A program made the position numbers and the translations under genes. A DNA stretch of 53,270 nucleotides, counting the filler, from Jimgerdemannia flammicorona (lineage: Eukaryota), in NCBI GenBank assembly GCA_003990765.1. It is 3 parts of 3 records of this genome, joined end to end, with 100 filler letters (N's around TTAATTAATTAA, not from the genome) between each part and the next. Parts side by side here need not be neighbours in the genome. Positions count along the whole stretch, not along the records: positions 35,584 to 53,270 come from RBNJ01002451.1; 2 more parts are not named here. One strand, 5' to 3'. A model generated the notes under the pieces. The model did not search any database and had not been told where the DNA came from. It was given only the letters and a program-made list of their open reading frames with translations. Shown one piece after another: positions 36,982-49,561 of the stretch (the stretch's first letter is position 1; every line of letters begins with the position of its first letter).

Positions 36982-39900
36982 GATAGGCAGCCCTTGCCAA
37001 ATATTCAAGAAATCCTTACCACCCTTGGAAGTGAAGTCAAATACTATACCACATTAGATCTGTTCTCAGGCTTCCATCAGATTGGTCTCACTCAAGATGC
37101 CAGGGAGAAATCAGCCTTCATCACACCTTATGCTACCTATATCTACTCACAAATGCCATTTGGAACATGTAATGCCCCAGCAAGTTTCTAGCAAATGATA
37201 AACAGAGTCTTCAGCAATGAGATTGGAAAATGGCTCTTTGTCTATGTTGATGATGTGATGATCTTCAGCAACACTGCATGGAAACATGTCAATCACATAC
37301 AGCTAGCCCTCAAGAAGCTCAAGGAGTATGGCCTCTACATCAAGCCCAAGAAATGCAAGTTTGTAGCTCAGGAAATCACCTATCTAGGACACCTCATCAA
37401 CCAGACCAGAATCCACACAGACCCTATGAAGATTGAGGCTGTTGCAGCCTACCCAAGACCCAGAATAACTACAGAAGTCCATGCCTTTCTTGGACTGGCC
37501 AGCTACTACAGAAGGTTCATCAAAGGATACTCCAACATTGCAGCACCTATTTACAAGTTACTGAAGAAGGAAACCAAATTCAAATAGACCAAGGAGTGCC
37601 AAGAAATCTTCAATGAACTCAAGACCAGGTTGACCCAAGCACCTATCCTCAGAAGACCAGACTGGAATCTAGAATTCAACCTGCAGACAGATGTAAGTGC
37701 TATAGAACTTGGAGTAGTCCTAGCTCAGAAGAAAGATGGACATAAATATGTCATCTCCTATACAAGCTGAGGTACCCATAGAGCAGAACAGAACTACAAG
37801 TCATGTAAGCTTAAATGCTTAGCAGTAGTTTGGGCAGTAGACAAGTTCCACTACTACCTAGCCAAGAAATACTTCACCATTTAAACAGACCATTCTGCTC
37901 TTGCCTGGCTATTCCACACACTGAACCCCAAAGGAATATATACCAGATGGATCTACAGGCTGCAAGAGTATAACTGTACTGTCAAGCACCACTCAGGAAA
38001 GACCAACACCAATGCCAATGCACTCTCAAGGACACCCTGAAACACCCCCATCAAGACTATTTAATATAAATAAGGAGCTATACTATAAATTAATCAGCTA
38101 TCTTGGGCAGTGAAAGATACCCAACTACCTCGAACCCTGGACAATCACCATCATCAACCAGACTTAGAAACAGTTTGAACTAGACAATACTATACTCAGA
38201 AAAGAAGGAAAGCTAGTAAATACCTGAATACAAGAAGTATCAAGTAATGAAGGAAGTACATGAGCAAGAATACTTAGGAGAAACCAACATATATAACAAG
38301 GCAAGAAGAACCATGTGGTGGCCCAAGATGGAAGAAGACCTGTGCCAATTTGTCAAAGGGTGTGATAAGTGCCAAAAACAGAAACAAGATCAGTAAGACC
38401 AGGTATCCAGATCATCAAGAATTGAGCCTATCCTCTTCCACCACATCACAATAGATATCATTGGACCATAACCAGTAACACTATCAGGAAACCACTATAT
38501 TATAGTTATTGTAGACCTCTTCACCAAATGGATAGAGGCAGGAGCATTACAAGAAGCCAATGCCCTCTCTATAGCTGACTTCCTGCACTGAGAAATCATC
38601 TGCCACTACAAGACACCAAAGCAAATCACAACAGACCACAGAATGGAATTTGTCAATGGATTCTACAAGATAATGTATCAGAAATACAAGATCCAGTACA
38701 TCAAGACCACTACATACCACCCTCAAGGAAATGGACAGACAGAGAGAACCAACAAGACCCTCAAGAACATCCTAGCAAAGATCTCAGAGATATATGAGAA
38801 TTGGGATAACTATCTCCCAACAGCCCTCTCTGTCCTATGAGACATATGGTCACAGAGCACACACTTTACCCCAAGAGAGCTGCTCTTTGGAGAAGAAGAT
38901 TCTGATGGAACCTCAGCTATAAATCTAGACCTAACTTAGAGATGAGTTGATGCAGAAATCTGGAGACTACACCAAATCAGGAAGAAGGCTGAAGATTACA
39001 TTACCAAGTCATAAGCACTAATAAGGAAGCCCTAGAACCCATCTGAATTGGAGAAAAGGTTCTACTGTATCGAAATATAGTAGAAGCCTCATGGTCATGA
39101 AAACTGGAGCTCAAATGGGAAGGACACTTCTATATGCAAGATATATGAGAACTACCTTCTGGCTTAAAAAAATCTCAGGGACCATACTGCCTACTACAGT
39201 ACATAGGAATAGACTCAAGAAGTACCATGAACCTATACAAGAGAAGCAAAATGTGATGACCGCCTGTAAGGTTCTAGTCCACAAATCATAACAGCATATT
39301 CCATGACCAGCAGGCTATCTGTCTGGACTATTCTCTAAGAGATATAGCACTGGCAACTACTCATCATGAGATTTTCAAAGTCAGAGGAGTTTGAACTGTC
39401 AACTGATTGGTCAAGATCAGAATCAGGCTCTTGCTCTATATGAAGGGAGTGACCCTTCACCATCACACCAAAATATAAAGAGAAGACACTAGCCCATAAA
39501 TACTACTTTTTGACCCCTTGCCAGAGGTTATGGGATCAGCAAATTTTTCAGGACTGGACCAATGAATAAGAATGCTCGAGAAGATCCTTATTTAGGAGGA
39601 AGATGTAATGGTGACCCCAGAATAATGACATCAGCACAGGAGACAGCCTTTCCTTGTAAGCCACTAGATCAGAGCACAAGAAGATCATATGGTATATGAG
39701 ATGAGCAATGATGACCAACTGTGAGTCATTGTGACCACAGTACAAACATCCTGAGGAATATAAAAGAAGGATCAAGGAACTACAGTAGCAGCAACCAATA
39801 ACAACCAACAATCCCAAAATAGCTCAAAGACTTACCACAAATGAAATGCCTGCTGCCCACCAAATGTCAAGGTCAAGGAATCACCAAGGTATCTCAGTCA

Positions 39901-41103
39901 AGGAAAAGATATTCCAAGACATCAGAAGAGCCATGAGGACCTGCTCAAGAAGGACTCCTAGTATCAACCTAGGTACTGCAGATCTCTATCACTTTATCCT
40001 CTACTACTGTGAAATGGAAACAAGGATCACTATTGCTACCAAATGCCTCCAAATGTGGCAGGAGTACAAAATAGGAAACCTCCTCTGCCGGGAGTTCCCA
40101 CAGGCCAGCACTCAAGAGCTACAAGATGCCACTCCTATGGATATATGTGAAACAAGGATAGCTAAGAAGATCCATCAGATCTTTAGGCATGCACTATAGT
40201 TGATTCCCAACTTGGAGTATGTTAGAGTCTCAGATTTCAGAGACCTGTCATCTCACCATATCAATGTACTAAAAGCCAGGGTGGCTACAGAAGCCCAGTC
40301 CACTATCACCCTCAATAGTGATAAAGTAGAAGACTTCTGACACCCCATCCTCCAAGACAACTCAGACCAATTCCAGCAAGGATTGATCTCAGTATTCCAA
40401 GGCCCAAGTATCAGGGTTAGATCTCCCCAAGACCCTACATTTGTCCCCTGTTTTGTGGAAGAGAAACTTATAGACTGGAGAGCTCCAGACCTCCTTCTTA
40501 CTGCCGAACATGATGATATCATCAGCGATGACACTATCCTGCATGATATCGAAGCATATGAAAATGATGAATTCATAGACCTCATCTCCTTCGAAGATAT
40601 CCTGACCTCTGATGATGAGGATGAAGCTGCCATGATCCTGAACTTTCTGCTCTAAGTTCTTTGTTACACTGGATAATACCAGCACTGGTATTTGATGTAA
40701 TACTAAATAATGCCAGAACTGGTATTCTGATATGACACTGAATTATACTAGCATCCTGAACCTGTACAACCATCAGTGCCAACCCTGGAACTTAGTAGTT
40801 TTAGCTATTGGAATTTATATTTAGCTTAATATTATAGCAACCATTTGAATTATATTTTATATAAATACCCTCTTATTTCCTCTGAAATAAAGTCAGTTCC
40901 TCTTAGTGCAATATACACACTTCCTTATAAGCAATCTAAGAGATAACAAGACAGTTTAAAGATAAGAAGTTTGAGGACTATAAGACCTTGGGAAGGCACT
41001 CCAATAAGAACTTGCTTATAACAAACTTGAGTTAGTCTAAGAGATATACATATCTTGAAGAGAATCTGGCATATTTAAAGAACTCAGCGACCACTATGTG
41101 ACA
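36982..41103 (+). mobile_element. Ty3/Gypsy element copy 1, 3' part (RT-RNase H-integrase + 3' LTR), interrupted by the Copia insertion
   Basis: 'LDLFSGFHQI', 'MPFG', 'YVDDV', '[16 protein letters not shown]', 'HPQGNGQTERTNKTLK'. Colinear with 46926-51194. PPT AGGAGGAAGA at 39594-39603. Confidence 0.93.
39604..41103 (+). repeat. 3' LTR of Gypsy copy 1 (1500 bp), containing decayed LTR-ORF 39846-40655
   Basis: TGTAATGG...GTGACA termini, directly after the PPT; aligns with the other three LTRs. Confidence 0.92.
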
Positions 41104-41700
41104 CTATCTATATAATATTAGTATAATTCACACTAGCAGTCTATATATTTCTTACTTTATCAAGTAGCTTAAGTATATCTATTTGTAGTACTAGTGTAAA
41201 ATTCTGAGTAAGTATCTGATCTCTACTAATTAACTATTAATAGTAAATCATTATGATAAATTGGTATAAAAATCTGGCAAGCATAGCCAACTCTCTATAA
41301 TATATCTTTACAAACTTAGCTATAAACATATAGAACAAGAAACAATACTAATAGAGAAAATACAAATATTCAAAATAGATTTATTATTACTATAAAAGCT
41401 AATAAAGAAGAAGATTCTAGAGATGAAAATTTCAGACCAAAAAGGACTTGATCTGCCCAACATGAAGATGGGTATAATAATCTATCTTTTATATAAAATT
41501 GTCAAAAGCAGACTCTTAATATACCAATCCTTAATATGATGACTAATTCTCAATACAAATACTCTCTATATATATACTGACTCTTATAATAGATTGAAAA
41601 AATGATGAAACAGACTACAGAGACTAGGATAAAGATAATAGTAAAGGTGATGATTATATATATATAACTGTAATAATATTATTAGATATATTTTCTAAAT
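41104..41700 (+). mobile_element. Possible hAT transposase C-terminal remnant (AT-rich, very decayed)
   Basis: ~41170-41215 reads 'SICSTSV..SE*V', similar to the hAT dimerisation motif (ipatSa.sErvfS). Confidence 0.3.
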
Positions 41701-42259
41701 AATATCTTTATATTATCAAAATATTATACCTATTGTAGTTACAGAAACTCAGATGATATACTGCTCATCTAGTTATAAAAAGTAAATATATATATACATA
41801 TATATATTAGTTATTAGTATAAATTTATTTATCTTCTTATACTATTCTAATAATATATAGATTTTTATATATCATTATTTATTAATTATTTAAGTCCACA
41901 ATGACCTTTTCTCAGTTATCTCTGATAGTATCTATAAAACCTTACTATATGAGATTATGAGAGATATAAATAATTGTGATAATATTATTTTTTACAAGAT
42001 ATTAATTATCAATATTTCTATTATATATATAATATATATTTTTAAGGTTAACTTTAATTCTATTTTCTATAGCTCCATCAAGAGCTTATAAGAAATCAAT
42101 ACTATTTAAAGGAATATTTACATAAAAATATTTCATAATATAATATTTAATATCATAGTATTACTAATTCCTTTAGTTTATAATAAGATAATTAGTAAGA
42201 AGTACTGAAATATAATAAAGAACTTCTATCTCAATATTACTCTTCAATACTATATATAT

Positions 42260-43884
42260 TATAACAGTGACCCCAGAATGATGATATCAGTATAAGAGAC
42301 AGTCTTTCTTTACAAGCCACCAGATCAGAGCACAAGAAGATTATATGGCATATGAGATGAGTAATGATGACCAACTATGAGTCATTGTGACCACAGTACA
42401 AGCATCTTGAGGAATATAAAAGAAGGATCAAGGAACTGCAGTAACAGCAATCAACAAGACACACCAATTCCAAAATAACTCAAAGACTCACTATAAACAA
42501 AATGCCTGCTATCCACCAAACCTCAAGGTCAAGAAACTACCAAGACACCTTGGTAGAAGAAAGGATATTCCAAGACATCAGAAGAGCTATGAGGACCTGC
42601 TCAAGAAGGACTCCTAGTGTCAACCTGGGTACTGGTGACCCTTATCACTATATTCTCTACTACTGTAAAATGGGAACCAGGATCACCATTGCTACTGAAT
42701 GCCTCCAAATATGACAGGAATATGAAATAGAAAACCTCCTCTGCCAGGAGTTCCCACAGCCCAGCACTCAAGAGCTATAAGATACCACTCCTATAGATAT
42801 ATGCAAAACAAGGATAGCTAAGAAGATTCATCAGATCTTCAGGCATGCAACATGGTTGATCCCCAACTTGGAGTATGTTAGAGTCTCAGATTTCAGAGAC
42901 CTGTCATCCCACCATATCAATGCACAAGAAGCCAGGGTGGCTACAGAAGCCCAGTCTACTATCACTCTCAATAGTGATGAAGTAGAAGACTTCTGGCATC
43001 CTATCCTCTAGAACAACCCAGACCAATTTCTACAAGGGGCAATCTCAGTATTCCAAGGCCCAAGCATCTAGGTTAGACCTCCAAAAGACCTCACATTTGT
43101 TCCCTATTGTATGGAAGAGAACCTCATAGACTGGAGAGCTCCAGACCTTCTTTCTACCATCAAATATGATGATGTTATCAGCGATGATGTCATCTCATGT
43201 AATATTGAAGTATGTAAAATGCATGACATATGCGAGATACGTGACCTATGTGATGACAACAACAATGACAAATTCATGGACCTCATCTCCTTTAAAGACA
43301 TCCTGACCTCTGATGATGAAGCTCCCATAGTCTTGAATATTCTGCTCTAAGTCTCTTAGTTACACTGAATAATACCAGCACTGGTATTTGATATAACACT
43401 GAATAATGCCAGCACCAGTATTTGATGTAATACTGAATAATGCTAGCACTGGAATTTGATGTAATACTGAATAATGCCAGCACTGGTTTTCTGATGTGAT
43501 ACTAAATTATACCAGCATCCTGAACCTGTACAACCATCAGTACTGACCCTGGAACTTAGCAGTTTTTTCTGACTTGGCATTTTATTTTAGTTATTGGAAT
43601 TTATATTTAGCTTTATATCTTAGCAACCATTGAATTACATTTTGTATAAATACCCCTCTTATTTCCTCTAGAATAAAGTCAGTTCCTCTCAGTGCAATAC
43701 ACACACTTCTTTGCAAGCAATCTAAGAGATAACAAGACAGTTAAAGATAAGAAGTTTGAGGACTATAAGACCTTGGGAAGGTACTTCAATAAGAACTTGC
43801 TTATAACAAACTTGAGTTAGTCTAAGAGATACACCTTGAAGAGAATCTGGTATATTTGAAGGACTCAGCAACTACTACATAACA
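42260..43884 (+). repeat. 5' LTR of copy 2 (1625 bp), decayed LTR-ORF 42502-43350
   Basis: T(A)TAAC...ATAACA termini; followed by PBS; colinear with 49562-51194. Confidence 0.93.
43361..43520 (+). repeat. 34-bp tandem array inside the LTR (also ~40665-40760, ~50668-50830, ~53121-53250)
   Basis: Unit ACACTGAATAATGCCAGCACTGGTATTTGATGTA, ~3-5 copies, with internal inverted core ATGCCAG-CA-CTGGTAT. Confidence 0.9.
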
Positions 43885-44010
43885 ACTTGGTACCCATTGG
43901 CTGGTGATTCAAGATGAATCCCTCACTTTCAAGCTGAAAAATAAACAACCCTAACAATAACTACCCTTACTACAAGAGTCACCCCTATAAGAATTCTAGA
44001 CAAGATAGAA

Positions 44011-47000
44011 ATGTGCCCTCCCACATTCTATGGATATACTACTGAAGAGTCAATTCTGATCTTCATTGAAGACTTTGAACAATTCACTGCCATTCTTGCC
44101 CTTGGTGTAGATACACAATTAGCCCTTCTACCAATCAGCCTCAGAGAACCTACCAGAGACAAGTTTAATACAGTCACTATTACTGATGCTGGTGCAGCCA
44201 AACTTGCCAAAATGAAGGCCTTCCTCAGAACAACATACTATACTGAAGAGATCAAGCAAGCTCTTAAGGATCAACTCAATACTATCTGCCAGAGACTTAG
44301 TAAAGATCCCAACTCATTCTATACCCGAATCTGCCACCAGATTGTCTTGGTTGGCTATAATGACCACCTTAAGGAACAAATAGCAGATTCAACCTTTCTT
44401 AAAGAAGTTTACTCTGAAATTGCCCTAACAATCCAGTCTACCCCAGCTGTACTGACCCTTGATCAGAAAGTGGTCTTTGTACAGAGATATTGGACTGCCA
44501 GACACCCTGCGAAAATAACTGGCATCAAGATGGAGCCATCAAAGCCAACTAGTATCATACTTACTACAGTTGTAAACAGACAACCATCCCCACCTACTCC
44601 CAAGATAACCAAAGCTGACCCAGTGGAGGAACTCAGCAAGTAGTTCACCAAGATGACTACACACCTTAGTGATATTGTTAGAGAAGTCCAAAGTGCCAAC
44701 AGAAGACCAGTGCAGAGATTTGCAGCCGCTACAGAAGAACATAATATCACATACTTCAGATAGGGAGAAGAAGGCCACTATTCAAAGAATTGCATGACTA
44801 AAACAAGATGCAAAACCCAACCAAGCAATGCTAGCAGAACTAGAGAACAAATCAATACAGTAGTCATCAAGGAGATTGGTGACACTGATGATGAAGAATA
44901 CTATGAGGAGCTTAAATTCTACCCTATTACTAAAGGTACTAGAACCTGGTCCAAGCCCTATGACAAGAAGAGCAACAGCAAGCCAGTTGGAAGACCAAAG
45001 AAGACCCCAGCTATTACTATTCAAAGCAAGACTCAACCTGAGGAGATTCATCAAGATATGGAGTTAGATGAAGCTACCCACCAAATCATTGAAGGCACTA
45101 CTCCAGTCTCAGGAGAAAGTGAAAGCAAGAAGGAACAGAAGCTGTACAAGACCAAGATCCATCAGTATGATATTTATAAGGACCTCAAGGAACAGAAGGT
45201 CAATGCCACTTTTGGACAACTAGCTGAAGTCCCTGCCTTCAGACGGCAGTTGAGAGTAGGACTTGCAACTACTGCCAAGAATCAAGAGTACAAGATTATA
45301 GAAGCTCATAATGCACAGAAAGAATCTGAAAACTCAGATATAGAATCCAAAGACCAGCACAAGACATCAGCTTATACCCCATGTCAGATTGAAGACTGTA
45401 TCTTTGATGCCATCATTGATACCAGTGCTAGAGGATGCCTCATGAGCAAGAAGACAATTGACTGCCTAGGTTGGGACATTGAAGAGTCCACCAAGATGGT
45501 CTATGTTATAGCAGATGGTACATGAGCTACCCTCCTTGGCAAAATCCAAGAGGTCCCCATCAAGAAAGGAGGAGCTACCATCTCAGTAGATGTGATTGTT
45601 ACAAGTGCCACCAACTATGACATCCTCATTGGCAACCAATGGCTTTACAAGGCCAAGGCCATCATTGACCTCAATGCCCAGAAGATGCAGATCAACTACA
45701 GAGGAAGAAAAGTACAAGTCTCTATCAATGTCTATAAAGGAGTTCTACCAGACATGGAGGAAGGAGATGAAGAGGACACAGAGGTCTTCATGTACTCAGT
45801 GAACAAGAACAAGAACAAGACACCCAAGGTCACAGATGAACAGTGATACAACAAGATCATTGATGGCTATGCCCCTCAGGGAAGATGCCCCCATGATACT
45901 AGGATGTATGTACTGCTCTAAACATCTGAATGACTACTGGTCCTGTATCAGTGAAGTCAGGAAAATCTGCTAACAGAAACACAAGCAAGAAGCTGCTGAA
46001 GCAAAAAGGAAAGCCAAAGAAGATGACCAGCCCTGAGAGCTTCAGGCTGATAGTGACAATGAGGTGGAACAAGAATCAGATATCACTCTCAAGGTCAAGA
46101 AGTTTCATCCTGAAGCCAAAATCCCAGAATATAAGACTGAAGGAGCCATAGGAATAGACCTTGCCAGCATTCAAGATGCTACCCTCAAACTACAGACCAC
46201 CACTCTACTTGGCACTAGAATTGGAGTGAAGCTGCCAGAAAACCATACTGGAATTATCAAGACCAGGAGCAGTCTGGCCAAAAGCAAAATCTCAGTTGAA
46301 GGAGGAGTAATTAACTCTGATTACACTGGTGAGATCTTCCTCATAGTCAGGAATCACAACCCCACCACTCCATTCAAAGTCAAGAAGCATGACAGAATTG
46401 GCCAGATGCTGATCCATGAAATCAAACCTAAGATCACTGAAGCCATCAAACTCATTAAGACCAAGAGAGGAGAACAAGGCTTTGGATCTACTGGAAGAGG
46501 AGCCTATGCCACTACTAAGATTACTGAACTTAAGCACCAGAAAGATAAGGACCAGAATAAGCACACATATACCATTAGAGAAAAATTTTCCCTGGAAGAA
46601 CAACTTATCAAGATTCTGTACCCGAACAAAGAAGTACTTGCTACAGACTTTAGGGATATCTACAATCAAGAACCCAAGTACTACCATAAAGTTGAAACTA
46701 GTGATACCAAGCCCATCTATCAGATAGCCAGACCCATACCACCTGCCTACAGAGAATGGCTGCAAGCAGAGCTCAAGGAAATGGAAGAAGCTGGAATCAT
46801 CAAGCAAGCTATCAGCCCCTGGGCTTCACTCATTGTCCTTGCCCCAAAGAAAGGAAGCAAGCCTGGAGAGTTTGCACTAAGACTCTGCATTGACTACAGG
46901 AAGCTCAATGCTATCACCAAGAAGGATAGACAGCCCTTGCCAAATATTCAAGAAATCCTTACCACTCTTGGAAGCAAAGCCAAATACTACACCACCTTGG

Positions 47001-49258
47001 ATCTGTTCTCAGGCTTCCATCAGATTGGTCTCACTCAAGATACCAGTGAGAAATCAGCCTTCATCACACCTGATGCCACCTATATCTATCTGTGAATGCC
47101 ATTTGGAATGTGCAATACCCCAGCAAGTTTCCAGTGAATGATGAACAGAGTCTTCAGCAATGAGATTGGAAAATGGCTCTTTGTCTATGTTGATGATATA
47201 ATCATCTTCAGTAATATGGCACAGGAATATATCAATCACATACAGCTAGTTCTCAAGAAGCTTAAGGAGCATGGCCTCTACATCAAGCCCAAGAAATGCA
47301 AGTTTGCAGCTCAAGAAATCACCTATCTAGAACACCTCATCAATTAGACCAGAATCCACACAGACCCCATAAAGATCAAGGCTATTGCAGTCTACCCAAG
47401 ACCCAGAACAACCACAGAAGTCCATGCCTTCCTTGGACTGGCCAGCTACTACAGAAGATTCATCAAAGGATACTCCAACATTGCAGTATCTATCTATGAG
47501 CTACTGAAGAAGGAAACCAAATTTAAATAGACCAAGGAGCATCAAGAAATCTTCAATGAACTCAAGACCAGGTTGACCCAAGCACCTATCCTCAGAAGAC
47601 CAGATTGGAACCTAGAATTCATCTTGCAGACAGATACAAATACTATAGGACTTGGAGCAGTCCTAGCTCAGAAGAAAGATGGACATGAATATATCATCTC
47701 CTATACAAGCCAAGATACCCATGGAGCAGAACAGAACTATGAGTCATGCAAGCTTGAATGCTTAGCAGTAGTCTGGGCAGTAGACAAGTTCCACTACTAA
47801 CTAGCCAGGAAATACTTCACCATTCAAACAGACCATTCTGCTCTTGCCTGGCTATTCCACACTTTGAACCCCAAAGGAATATATGCCAGATGGATCTACA
47901 GACTGCAAGAGTATGACTGTACTGTCAAGCACTGCTCAGGAATAATCAATACCAATGCTGATGCACTCTCAAGGACACCCTGAAACACTCCCATCAAGAT
48001 TACTCAATATGAATAAGGAGCTATACTATGGATTATTCAGCTATCTTAGGCAGTGGAAGATGCCCAACCACCTTGAACTCTGGACAATCATGATCATCAA
48101 CTGGACTTGGAAACAGTTTGAACTAGACAACACTATACTCAGAAAAGGAGGAAAACTAGTAATATCCAAACATAAGAAGTATCAAGTAATGAAGGAAGTA
48201 CATGAGCAAGGATACTTAGGAAGAACTAACACATACATATGTCAAGGCAAGAAGAACCATGTGGTGGCCCAAGATGGAAGAAGACCTGTACCAATTTGTG
48301 AAAGGGTGTGACAAGTGCCAAAAACAGAAACAAGATCAGCAAGACCAGGAACCCAGGTCATCAAGAATTGAGTCTATCTCCTTCTGCTACATTGCAATGG
48401 ATATCATTGGGCCACTACCAGTAACACTATCAGGAAACTGCTATATTATATTTATTGTAGACCTCTTTACCAAATAGATAGAAGCAGGAGCATTACAAGA
48501 AGCCAATGCCCTCTCTATAGCTGACTTCCTATACCGAGAAATTATCTGCCACTACAAGACACCAAAGCAAATCACAACAGACCATGGCACAGAATTTGTC
48601 AATAGATTCTATGAGATAATGTATCAGAAATACAAGATCCAGCACATCAAGACCACTGTGTACCACCCTCAAGGAAATGGACAGATAGAGAGAACCAACA
48701 AGACCCTCAAAAACATCCTGGCAAAAATCTCAGAGACATATGAGAATTGGGATAATTATCTCCCAACTGCCCTCTCTGTTCTACGAGACATACAGTTACA
48801 GAGCACACACTTTACCAAGGGAACTGCTCTTCGGAGAAGAAGATTCTGATAGAACCTCAGCTACAAACCTAGACCTAACTTGGAGACAGGTTGATGCAGA
48901 AATCCAGAGACTACACCAAATCAGGAAGAAGGCTGAAGATTACATTATCAAGTCACAAGTGCTGATAAGGAAGAATGTAGAAAAGAATCACAAGACCCTA
49001 GAACCCATCCAAATCAGAGAAAAAGTTCTACGGTATTGAAATATGGTAAAAGCCTCATGGTCACAAAAACTGGAGCCCAAATGGGAAGGACCCTTCTATG
49101 TGCAAGATATCAAGGGAACTACCTTCTGGCTTAGAAAAATCTCAGGGACCATACTGCCTACCATGGTACATAGGAACAGACTCAAGAAATATCATGAACC
49201 TATATAAGAGAAGTAAAACATAATGACCACCCATGAGGTTCTAGTCCACAAATTGTAA
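44011..49258 (+). pseudogene. gag-pol polyprotein of Gypsy copy 2 (multiple stops and frameshifts)
   Basis: Gag from 44011; knuckle 'ITYFR*GEEGHYSKNC' (~44745-44793); protease 'AIIDTSA'; RT 'LCIDYRKLN', 'YVDDI'; RNase H 'LQTD..IGLGAVL'; integrase 'WWPKM..C..CQ', 'MDIIGPLP', 'TDHGTEF', 'GNGQIERTN', GPF motif 'KLEPKWEGPFYV'. Confidence 0.93.
46088..46495 (+). CDS. dut: Trimeric dUTPase domain inside Gypsy pol, between protease and RT
   Basis: All five motifs recognisable: 'AIGIDL', 'RSSLA', 'GVINSDYTGEI', 'DRIGQML', 'RGEQGFGSTG'. Continues in frame into RT. Confidence 0.95.
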
Positions 49259-49561
49259 CAGCATGTCCCATGACCAGCAGACTATCTGTCTGGACCATTC
49301 TCTAAGAGATATGGTACCAGCAACAACTTATCTATAAGACTTTCAAAGCCAGAGGAGTTCAAACCATCAACTGATTAGTCAAAATCAGAATCAGGCCCTT
49401 GCTCTATATGAAGAGAGCAACCCTTCACCATCATGCCAAAATATAAAGGGAAGACACCAGCCCATAAACACCACTTTTCAACCCCTTGCCAGAGGTTATG
49501 GGATAAGCAAATTTTTCAGGACTGGACAGATGCTTAAGAAGATCCTTATTCAGGAGGAAGA

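Noticed and set aside
43361..43520. 34-bp palindromic repeats as CRISPR repeats or loxP-like sites
   Set aside because: Head-to-tail without spacers, no recombinase nearby, no 13-8-13 symmetry.
49060..49550. Chromodomain at the end of integrase
   Set aside because: The frame ends shortly after the GPF motif with no Y-x-V-x-W-x-G-type pattern.
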